Shown here in pieces: positions 10,400 through 20,557 of a DNA stretch of 47,433 nt. Every line of letters starts with the position of its first letter. Within the stretch, counting starts at the first letter, position 1. Below the pieces are notes generated by a model, which saw only the letters and a list, made by a program, of their open reading frames with translations, had not been told where the DNA came from and did no database searches. This DNA is from Phoronis australis (Eukaryota > Animalia > Phoronida). Location of the stretch: positions 365,878 to 413,310 of the forward strand of contig NMRA01000035.1 of the NCBI GenBank assembly GCA_002633005.1. Direction: 5' to 3'. The translations under genes were made by a program, and so were the position numbers.

Positions 10400-11095
10400 T
10401 AGCATCACCAACAACGTTAACGTCATAACACTGAGCGACCAGGCAAGCATCTGTGTGGCGTTTACCTGAAGAACTTTTACTCATTCATACCAAATCAATT
10501 TAGAGCCAAAAGGACCTCTGCTTGGTATCTAGTAATAGCGATAAAATGTAATATTGATCCACTGACAGTAACAAGAAAACATCAATTACAACAATTCTGT
10601 AGCATGATACCCCCAAAATTTATTATAATTTTTGTTAAATAACATTTTGATTTTTTTTAAATAAAAGTAATACAGGATTTTCCTTTCATTTAATTGTCGA
10701 AGCCTTACGAACTAAAAATAAATGGTCTCAGGCCGCTTCCTGTGTGCAGCGATTTCTTATGAAACTGCTAAGTCTATAAGATAAACTCTTCAACTACGTT
10801 AACAAGGCGATCACCTTCTATGGGGCTAACCCTGGCACACTCAAAAGGACGATAGTCGTCCCTGGCCCAGTACTGTGCTTATCTTGATTAGAAACGCCAG
10901 AGCACCAAATGCATAGATGCCAGCAGCTATGTAGAATACTATTTTGCACTCATTAAAAGTTTCCAACAAAAACATATCTGAGACGACGAACTCTGCTAAT
11001 AAATGTACACTTTTCACTAGTCTTCGTCAAAAATATCACAGTTCAGTAATCGGATTTGTTTGGTGTTTCTACAATCATATGTTCTGATTAGAGCT
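10400..11095 (-). pseudogene. Decayed duplicate of the SLC17 last exon (10768-10963), 3'UTR and part of the last intron
   Basis: Aligns to about 19400-20708. The acceptor AG has become TG, and there is an 8 bp frameshifting deletion plus further small indels. Confidence 0.9.
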
Positions 11096-11529
11096 TATAA
11101 AAAGAAATTCACAAATTGTTGACAATCAACTGTGGTGAGATAATTACTTTGGTGAAACGCTAAAGCAACAAGAGCAACGTTGAGAGTTGTTATATGGTGT
11201 ATAGTGTATACAACTCAGGTACAAGGGATACCGGGAATTTGTGTAGATAAGCTCATCCGATGAAACGCCCATAGGTTTATCTACGGAGAATTCCAGTAAC
11301 CATCATTTTAAACATTCTCACGCAAGGCGGTAGCAATGACAGTTAACTTAAAATATGCTCTACATATAGCAAGTCAACAATACACTCCTCAATAGGAACA
11401 CATCTGCTATATCTTACATCGTGATTCTTCACACAATTTGGAGGATAGGGAGGCGGTCGACAGACACAAAAACATTAAAAAACATGGTTTGTACTGTTAT
11501 CTACGTGAGTAGATATGACGCATGGATTC

Positions 11530-11870
11530 TAACGGATTTTATAAAAAATGCACTACATGAGCATCTCGGATCGAGAAAATGGGTAGCCGATACAATATCA
11601 ATTAAACCGTTTGTTTTCCCACCCAAGACGAAACCAAGAAGCCGAAAGAAAGACTCATCCCAGGGCGTATCTGAGAGCCGGGGCAAAACTTGATACCAAA
11701 CCGAGGATACCTGAGAGGGCAAATACCCTCTCGAGTTGGCGGCACGTCTCTGAGTGCTAACCCCGCCTGTTGGAAGAAAGTCCCCTCCGGAGCTGCTGTT
11801 TTGAAGTGTTTCAATAGCGTTTGCGACTCGGAAAAGGAGACAGACAGACAGACAGGAAATTTAGTGTAGA
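11530..11870. repeat. Probable interspersed repeat with a (GACA)n tract near its end
   Basis: Locally GC-richer block ending gacagacagacagacaggaaatttagtgtaga, between the two duplication units. Family not identified. Confidence 0.3.
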
Positions 11871-12029
11871 CCTCAAAAGACACCTAAGGGTGCCGGGTCA
11901 GACTGCCTTGTTTTGAAGTGAAAGGAAATTGACGATATGCTTGAGATAACAAAGTTAATCTGACTACAACTGAAATTAAGTGCTGGGACTCGTACAAGCG
12001 CCTGGACAGGAAGCATTTAATGATGAGGG

Positions 12030-12304
12030 GAGCGGAGTAGGATGGCATGAAAAACATCAAATCGATATTATTTCGTTCCCGTGAAATGTGATCTCATACC
12101 TACGAGACAATCTCTCGTGGGAACGATTGAGTATCTCGATGGAGATAAGATAATATCTCGTAAGTACAAGATAATATCTGATGGAAACGAGATAATATCT
12201 CATGGGAGCGAGATAATTGTTTCGTTCCTACGACTAGTTCCCAACGAGATATTAAATCGTTCCCACAAGATACTTTTTATCCATGTCACTTCAGGTACTC
12301 CATA
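12030..12304. mobile_element. MITE-like element with internal ~21 bp repeats (aacgagataatatctcgtggg-like) in both orientations
   Basis: Repeated gagataatatctc units and degenerate inverted ends. Confidence 0.55.
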
Positions 12305-12387
12305 GGAAACAGGCGACAGAAAATGAGTGCTAATTTCTTCATGTTAGGGATGCAAAGAATAAATAAGAAATTGTATCTATCAGAAAT

Positions 12388-12393
12388 TTTATT
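12388..12393 (-). terminator. Putative polyadenylation signal (AATAAA) of bZIP copy B
   Basis: Conserved with 695-700. Confidence 0.55.
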
Positions 12394-12803
12394 GACCCGT
12401 TAACTGTGTTCTAATCATAAAATCTGCACAGTGTATTATTGATTTCTCAATCTGCCAGATTAATAGTCACATATTTTTCAATAAACACGACTATTGTTCA
12501 AAAATGTAACAAGCGAACAGGTGCTAACAATATTCTCAGTTGTCAGCATTAGATAAATGTGTCCATGTAAGAAATTTAGTTTAACGTTTGTTCTATCCTA
12601 GACAGATGAATTATTGAAATTATAATTCATCATACGCACAGAGGTGCGTTACAATTAGACCAGTGTTACGTCATACAAGAGTGATTCCTTCATACAACTA
12701 TAACTGCATGAGTATACTTTCCGACCTTTCGACAATCATCCATGAGACAATACATCAGGTGCCCATCTCAATAAAGATAGAATTAGGACCTGATGATGTC
12801 CAG

Positions 12804-13037
12804 AGGCCCATTCCAAGAAAATGACTTAGCTAAGACAAATCTTCAATTTCATTTAATTTAAGATAACACTTAAATTTGTCTCAAGTCCATTTCAAGATAG
12901 AAATCTTAAATTTTTTACTTAAATTTTGTCTAATTTTGACTAACTTGCTGGATGTGCAAATTTCCATGTTTGGAAGCTGAGACAAATCTTAGACTCAAGT
13001 AAAAAATGAACTTAAGTCAGTTTGTTGGAACGGGCCT
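12804..13037. mobile_element. PIF/Harbinger-type MITE (234 bp) with 3 bp TSD CAG
   Basis: TIRs AGGCCCATTCCAA/TTGGAACGGGCCT; CAG at 12801-12803 and 13038-13040. The paralogous empty site (gatggccaggcc, about 1082-1093) has a single CAG. Confidence 0.85.
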
Positions 13038-14055
13038 CAGGCTGCTATTCGCTTACAGGATAACAACTATATTACAATGAACATTGATATCAGCAATTAA
13101 AATAATGAACATCAAATTTAACTTAAAATCAGAACAATCAAACAAGATCTTTAATAGATACCGATAAATGTAAATATATGTCGCGCAATACTGTATAACA
13201 TGTATAAAGATATACTGGTCTCACAAAGATCCCACTAAATGTAAACACCATTGTTTGATTCCTAAAAACACCCACATGTCTAATAGTAGGCAATAACAAT
13301 AACATAGTGTGCTTTTGTATACAATGAAAGACTTACAGAAACAAAGGAGTGTTCAAACAAAGAGACCTCAAAACCAAGATTTAGACAATCCCAAAAACAA
13401 ACCACAGAATGTTCGCTGCCAATCCTAAAATATCTCATCAATGTAAATCAATGAACACTGCAACCCTGAACCCAACTGACCGGTCAAATAGTTCATGAAA
13501 TAGTAAAGGTCATTGTTGACTGTTACACCTATTGGCTAACAAATCCAAAACTAGTACATATCACCTGAACAGAAACAAATATAAATAGCTAAATTTTAAA
13601 AGTAATGAATACAATACAGTCAATGAAAATATAATTTCATATAAAATAATTAATTAATAAAGATATTTTTTAAAAAGTTTAATGTCGTTTATAATGATTA
13701 CTACACATTGCTAATAATATTAAAATAGTTCCCAAGTTATACCAACTAAACAATCAAATGAGCACTGCTCCATTTTAAGATAGGAAATGCAAATTAAAAA
13801 TATGACAACTGCATGCATAATGCATAAAACAAAAAGGAATGTAAAAAGCTACTACTCACTTAATAAATAAAGCACCTTGTTTTGCCAGCAAAACAGTTTT
13901 GATTCTTTCTTCGACTAAATACCTCAACATTAGAAAAATTGCATTTACCACTTTCTATAACAGTAGAACGTTGTAAATAGCTTTTTTGATTTACATTATG
14001 AGAACAACAAATAACATGTTGTTAGTACTGAGCAATGTTAATTGCGAACCGAAAA

Positions 14056-14195
14056 TATGCGCGCACCCAGCCTAAAAATGGGGGACTCGAATATTGAGAT
14101 TGTGGACTGTTGTCTCGTTTTCTACTTTTTCGTAGTTTTTGTCTCTCTTATGCATACTTTTTTGCTCACTTCGCCCCTCCCTGGATGCGCGCATG
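14056..14195. mobile_element. MITE in the putative 3'UTR of bZIP copy B
   Basis: TIRs tatgcgcgcacccag/ctggatgcgcgcatg. Absent at the paralogous site near 2505-2520; opposite orientation to 2148-2359. Confidence 0.75.
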
Positions 14196-14689
14196 GGAAA
14201 AGGAACCACCCGGAATTTTACGAAATCAAGTAACTGCCTTACAGAGTTTCGATCATATGTGTACCCTGAGTGCCGTTTTTGGCGTTCAGAGCAAACACAA
14301 CTCACTTCACTTCACTTGCCTTTGTTTGAGTAAGGCCTTGCTTCCTTACGAAGTTTGGCAACAGGGAGTTTTTAAAGCGCACCGTGTAAAGCTGATGCTG
14401 CTCTATCAGCAAAAACGCACACCCTGGGTTTCATTGCCGTAGATTGTCAGATACTAATACAATACAGCAAACGGCATGCTTCGCAGCTGTCAAACACGGT
14501 CACCGATGTTTCCAGCTCCTCGATTTCCTTTATCCCAAAGATGATCACTAGAAGTGCCTTCTGACTTCTATGTAGTCACTATGCTTGAAAGGTAGTGTCC
14601 ACCCTCTGCGTGTGAATCAATTCAATTTCACCGACTATCCAGGCACTCCGCAAGTCAGTAGTCCATAGTTGACATTAATGTATAATTTG

Positions 14690-14860
14690 TTAATAGCCAG
14701 TGGCTTCGCGATCAGTCCCACCCAACACGTCACCGGCAGTGCCTCCATGAAACACATCAAAGTGTGTCCGAATTAAATTCATCAAATCTTCACGTTCGCG
14801 CGTCAACTTTCGCACTGTATGATGAAGTTGCGTGTTTTTCGCTTCCAACTCTAAGATTTC
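14690..14860 (-). CDS. bZIP copy B last coding exon (leucine zipper)
   Basis: Acceptor at 14862-14861; EILELEAKNTQL...REATGY*. Confidence 0.9.
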   Translation of the reverse strand, partial: EILELEAKNTQLHHTVRKLTREREDLMNLIRTHFDVFHGGTAGDVLGGTDREATGY

Positions 14861-16130
14861 CTGCAACGAAAACACATAATAACAACCAGTCAAGTGGCTG
14901 ACTTTTTATTCAGAATTAAGGTTATCTAAGGAAAATTTTGTTAAAACAAAAACATTTACCAGAGTGGAAAACGCGCATGACCTTTGACACTATTATTTGA
15001 AAAAATATCAGAAAATTCCTAGAGAGTGAATACAGTACAATATTCTCGCATGATAACATTATCTCTTGTTGAACGTGTCGCTCAGAAACACAACAGTATC
15101 CCATTTGCTGTTATTTTAAGCCTGAGAAAACAACTGGTTACACTATGAAAACAGTGACACATAGCCTTACGTGCAAGAATCGACATAACAATACCAACCG
15201 TTGACAATTGCTCAGCTTGCTGTTTTTTCTTATCTCTACACCTTTGGGCGGCCAGTTTATTTAGATGTCGCCTTCTTTCGACACGTTCCTGCTCTTCAGG
15301 GCTCAATTCCTGTAAGAAAACATTAAAAATATAAATAAATTATGATCATTTCTGTCTTAATCAAAATCGTGGGTGAGTGTGTAGATAAGCACCGTACTTC
15401 GCACGGGGAGGGTCATACAAGCCAACGTAGATAAATAAATATACAGGGAGGAGCATCTTTTATAAAATCATGAACTTATGTCTACCACAGACCACAAAGT
15501 GCATCAGTGACTAACAAAACCAACCGGCATGTCCGAAAAGCTCAGTAAACTTTGTCTACGAAAAGACAAACAATCAACACATAAGCTGCTTCTAAATTAA
15601 TATCCGTTTTAAAAATTAATATTGTATTTCAGCGGGTCAATAATTTTACAGCTTCCAAGTACGAAAAACTGAAGGATGGAGTTTTTAGTAAGTCAAAAAT
15701 AGCACTTATCAGTTCCACTCTGAACGAAAACAAAAGGTGTTAATTTGCCTCATTTCACGACTTGATTTTCGTCTTAGTAAATGTTCGACACTCGCCATCG
15801 TGTGAAACGATATGTCTTGAGGAATTAGTTATAGATTACGTGTAATATATAAATTCCACTTCGGCTCACCTCGCTATTCGTGTGACAGCTTTCGTCACGA
15901 AGAAAGTCATCCTCAGCATTTAACGTCAGGTCGTTTCTGTTAAGAATAATTGTCTTTAAATGTTCACGGACGGTGGTTGGCACATTGTCAGGAAGTTCAT
16001 CATGCTCCTCGTCATTCACATCGTTGTCAGAATCATCCTGGTTTCGAGCAGTCAGCGGGATGTCTACTTGCCACGTGACCCCATAACCAATTGTCTGCTC
16101 ATCCATTTCTTGACGAAGGTCTCTTACCAT
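14690..16130 (-). CDS. ATF3: ATF3/JDP2-like bZIP transcription factor, copy B (about 180 aa, 3 coding exons)
   Basis: Exons 16130-15870, 15309-15199 and 14860-14690 join with GT-AG phase-0 introns and an intact frame. Same motifs as copy A. Confidence 0.85.
15199..15309 (-). CDS. bZIP copy B basic-region exon
   Basis: 111 bp, ELSPEEQ...AEQLST, GTTGGT donor. Confidence 0.92.
15870..16130 (-). CDS. bZIP copy B first coding exon
   Basis: Acceptor at 16138-16137, ATG at 16130, GTGAGC donor. Confidence 0.85.
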
Positions 16131-16797
16131 TTTCAACTAGAATCTAAAATGTGAAAATGTCCCTGACTCACCAGCTATAGCTTAATTTCGAATAGAAACT
16201 CAGCAACTCAAGTGCGGGCAATGCTTTCAACCGCTATTTTCTTCGGTTGGGCAACTCAAATATAACTTTGAAGCGTTTTTAAGTTACCGATGTTCTTGTT
16301 GGTAAAGAAATTCAAGTTCTATCACAAGGACTATTGCGAGACCGATTTTTAGTGTGAGTTTAAAAATTTTAGGCCTATATAGAATGTAAACAGCACAAAA
16401 ATGAACTTTTGGTTTAGACCACTTTCCATTATGGAATTGGTCTCATCTTTGTTCTTCAATCAAATTAGACATAATTTCAGGATCTCCTTCAAACTAACTG
16501 TAACTTCATTATTACCTACCGAACATGACTAAAAATAACGAACTGTCACACATCTTAATAAGGACAAGTTGAAACCAAGTTTACAGCGGCCGGAGAGTGA
16601 GAACGGGTCTAAGTCAAACGCTGACAGACGGTTTTGGACGGACTCGATGAGGTTAGTATATCCGCTTTGACTATTAAATGACTTGATTCATTTTTCGTTT
16701 TGTTGGAGTAACACTTAGAAAATGCAATTTGAAACTACTGAACATTATCGTTTACGCGGAAAGGTTAACTTTAGTACCAAAAAAGTTCTTTACGCAT

Positions 16798-16963
16798 CAA
16801 TGCTGTAGTGGGGCGTAGGCGCACCGTGACGTAGGCGCACTGAGCCAACCACCTTTTGGCATTTGTACGTAGCGCCTACGCACCGTAAGTTACGTTCAGC
16901 CCTCAACATGATACGGTGGGCTTTGGGCGCATACTTACCTCTAATTTTACCATTACAGCACTA
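16798..16963. mobile_element. hAT-type MITE (166 bp) with perfect 8 bp TSD TTACGCAT, in intron 1 of copy B
   Basis: TIRs caatgctgtagtgg/ccattacagcacta; TSD at 16790-16797 and 16964-16971. Confidence 0.85.
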
Positions 16964-17021
16964 TTACGCATGCCAGATGAATGAAACAAATGCTGGGGTT
17001 CTCACATAGGTCATTTATGTG

Positions 17022-17280
17022 ACTTACCTGTACTAGTGTTCCAGTGAAGACTAAGTGGTAAGAATTAAGCGAGACAAGGGTTGCGCAAACTACTTAATCA
17101 TCATTTTGCACCACTGACGTGAATCACGCGATTTTCAGCGGATGAGGTAGCCGGCCACGTTGGCAAAATCTCACGGGCCAGTAAGTGCGCTTGAGTCATC
17201 ACTCTGATAATTCATAATTTCATCATCCATTTTTGTTATTTTAATCACTTTTTAAAATCTACCTATTGGTATTTGCGCAA
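17022..17280 (-). promoter_or_regulatory. Putative exon 1 donor (exon end 17028) and proximal promoter of copy B, rich in bZIP-binding motifs
   Basis: CAG|GTAAGT donor; TTGCGCAA twice (about 17081 and 17273), TGACGTGA (17115-17122) and TGAGTCA (about 17192). Confidence 0.5.
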
Positions 17281-17497
17281 TGTTTGTTTTCTCCTCTTCA
17301 ACGGGGTCTCAGAGCGACTCCCGACTCGCAACCCGGCGTCCGGCAGCTTCATACTGAATCAACTCTTTAAGATTTGAGAATTTACCTTCAAATATATTTA
17401 ATTACCATGGCGCTAGTGTGTAGCACTATACTTACAATGTTCAATCGTTAGGTGTGAGATGAATGTGCTGTTCAGTGTTAATATATACGCATTTAAT

Positions 17498-17608
17498 AGA
17501 ATATTCTAGAACGGAATTGCGTGTTCAAACAGGCAGGCAGCGGGCATGACAATTGCTTCAGAAATGTGACGTCAGCCGCAGCTATAAATAGTGCATGGGT
17601 TTTCCCCC
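17498..17608. promoter_or_regulatory. Upstream motif cluster of copy B: perfect HSE (17498-17512), palindromic CRE TGACGTCA (17567-17574), MEF2 CTATAAATAG (17582-17591), Rel-like GGGTTTTCCC (17597-17606)
   Basis: Consensus matches conserved in order with 5264-5358. A further kB match GGGAAACCCC lies at 17831-17840. Confidence 0.7.
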
Positions 17609-19362
17609 ACCATGACAACGCTGTTCATTTGTCGGAATCCGGTGTCAAACCAAGGCGTCACCGTGAACCCAAAACAAGAGTGAGGTCATTTTTTCGGTGA
17701 TTATGCATGGCAAGCCGTTACCTGACGAACAATGGGACCACCACAGGGTCATGTTGGCATGATCTTGCTTAATTATCGCGATTCACAGTTGCCGTTCTCT
17801 TTCTAGCTGAGCCTGCGCCCCGCTGAGCCCGGGAAACCCCTATCGCTGTTCACAGTCTTAACAGGCAAACACTGGCTTCATATGTTGTAAATTATTAACC
17901 TAAGTTTTCCTTTAACGTTTTATATAACGAATGAAAATGTTTTAATTGAATATTACGTGCGCTATGTCAGTAGAAATTCATCTAGTCACATATTTCAGTG
18001 ACTATACATAGTTCGCCGGGACTGGGAGGCACCGGTCCGCCCACTTATAAAAGTCGCATAACTTGCGATGCGTTAAGACTGGTTTAGTATCATTCGACGA
18101 CATTAGCCGATGTCACTAATTAAAGCAAAAGCGGGCATGATCGGCGACAAATTGAGACATGACGAATTTATCCCAGACCCATCCGTAAAAGGATACCAAA
18201 CTCGGTTTTAGTGTCCCCGTTAACACAATTAAGCTGCGACTGGCGGCACTTTCTGAAATAAAAAAGGCCCGGTATAACCCGGCGGGCCACTTGACCACCG
18301 TCAAAAACGGAAAACTCTTTTTAAAATCTGTTAAACGATCAAGCGTGACCTACGCTTGTTAGCGAATTACACGACTTCTGTGGGAATAGAGCACATACAA
18401 CCAAGGCCTTGTCCGGCAGATAAGGAGCGAGTTCAGTGCGTTTTAACTTAGTACGTCATGCACTACCCGGAGGTGACGAACGAGGATTGGTGGAAATCAT
18501 CAAATGCTTCCCATTTTCTGACGTGAAGTTTGTTTTTCTCACTGTTTTCGCAACTATTATCTTCTCTCAGTACTTCATGACGAACAATCCAGGAAAGTAG
18601 CATTCTTGTCTAGCCGCACCCGGTGCGTAAGGTTAGGGTCAGAAGCGGCCGAAAAAATACACTTCCGGCGTGCCGAGGCACACTAAAAGCTTCAAATTTC
18701 ACAAACTAGATATCGCAATTGACTCGACGCATAGCTGATACCTATTTTTCAAGGATCAGGGAGCCATGGCTCCACAGTGGTCCGCCGTCCTCAGGCAAAG
18801 CCACTGCCGCGTGCCAGACCAGCCCAGCCGTTTGCTGAATTGCTTTGGAATTGGAAAGACAACATTTTGTGAGTTTTCACAAATTTTTCGCAAAAACATC
18901 TCATGGTCACTTGGGCGTTTGAATCAGTGTAAGAGCTGCAGCCTTGGTCTTGAAACACTGATTCGATTTCAGCAATTATTGCCACTGAGACTACTAGGCC
19001 CGAAAGGCAAGGGGGGGGGGGGNGAGATAAAACAGTGAGAAAGGTGAATATGCTGTCAGTACACCCCCAACAAGTTTTACCTTACTACAAGCCTGCTTTG
19101 GTTCTGTACAATACAGGTGAAGAAAAGATGCTGAAAACAGTGAAGCAAGGGAGCATTGTCCTAAAACAACAGCCCAGTGGCCCCATAGAGTGGGGCGTGG
19201 CAAACAACAACGCCACAATGGGTGGTCATTAGTCAGTGAATGAAGTTTTTACAAGTAATGAGAGTTGATTGCAGAGTGTAGTCACATGCACACGGAAAAA
19301 AACGTAAAGTTATTCTTTAAATTTTTTCTATTACATTTTTGAATTATGATTGCCAAATAAAA

Positions 19363-19368
19363 TTTATT
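19363..19368 (-). terminator. Candidate polyadenylation signal of the SLC17 gene
   Basis: AATAAA on the minus strand about 1 kb past the stop codon. Confidence 0.35.
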
Positions 19369-20353
19369 GCACCATCAATTCTATAAAGTGATTGAGAAGA
19401 ATCACCAACAATGTTTACATCTTAACAACCACCAGCCACTCTATACGGCTTTACCATAAAGACTACATTAATTCATAACAAATCAATTTAAATAAAATAA
19501 AGAGCCAAACAGGCCTGTGACTGAGTTCTCAGTACAACTATAAAATGTATGATTGGTCCATACACTGTTACAGAATACCACAACGATGAATTTCTAGAGA
19601 CAAACAACTGTGAATTATACTGATAATTCAACCAACAAGAAAACACCCAACTACCACCAATTTCCAGAAATAAGACCACACAAAAGTACACGTGTATGGG
19701 TGTATTTTCTAAACAGTTTCCAAAAGTTTGCACATCGGTGCATTTTTGGTAACGGCTAGCATGTTTTGAAAACATATTGTTCTACAATATACACAATGTG
19801 TTTTGATCATGTAAAAATTATGTTCATTTTGGCAAGACATTGTATTTTGGGATCATGATTTCACACTAACGACTATTATTCAAGGAAATACTGGGTGACT
19901 TTGTTGGCAACAAAGTGTATAAGCACTGGCCGCATGAAAGACATTATCAACGCATTATGTTTGCTGAATGCAATATAAGTATGGATGAATAAAATGCTTA
20001 GTGGTGAGATACTGCTACATACATCAAAACAGTCATGTTTATTTTAAACAGTTTCCAAAAGTCAGTAGCACGCATTTCTGAAAATAAGCCCGGTCATGTG
20101 ATGGTTTTGAAAGGTCATTTTCCGAATATCCACCGAGGGCCTATTTTCGGAAACTCCCAGTACATATAACAATTCTGCAGCATGATAACACTAAATTTTA
20201 AATTATTTTTTTACTAATTAACATTTTAAAATCTTTAAAATAAAAGTTATACAGGTTTGTCCTTTTCAATTTTCCAAGCCTTGCGGACTAAAAATAAATG
20301 GTCTCAGGCCGCTTCCAATATAACTGAAAATGCAGCGATTTCTTATAAAACTG

Positions 20354-20557
20354 CTAAGTGTAAGATAAACTCTTTTCTGCTGCATTAACAAGGGGATCCC
20401 TTTCTGTGGGGGTATCCCTGGCACACCCAGAAGGCTGATAGTCGTCCCTGGCCCAGTATTGTACTTCTCCTGATGCAAATATGAGAAACACCAGAGCACC
20501 AAATACATAGATGCCAGCAGCTATGTAGAACACTATTTTCCATCGATCCAAAGTTTC
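20354..20557 (-). CDS. SLC17 last coding exon ([10 protein letters not shown]...KSLSYT*)
   Basis: Acceptor at 20559-20558; TAG at 20356-20354. Confidence 0.9.
   Translation of the reverse strand, partial: ETLDRWKIVFYIAAGIYVFGALVFLIFASGEVQYWARDDYQPSGCARDTPTERDPLVNAAEKSLSYT

Larger units (their letters stand above)
12325..17610. repeat. Segmental duplication, copy B; paralogous to about 580-5360
   Basis: Colinear similarity with copy A. Confidence 0.9.

Noticed and set aside
19010-19023. Poly-G tract as a G-quadruplex element
   Set aside because: It ends in an N (assembly join), so its length and context are unreliable.
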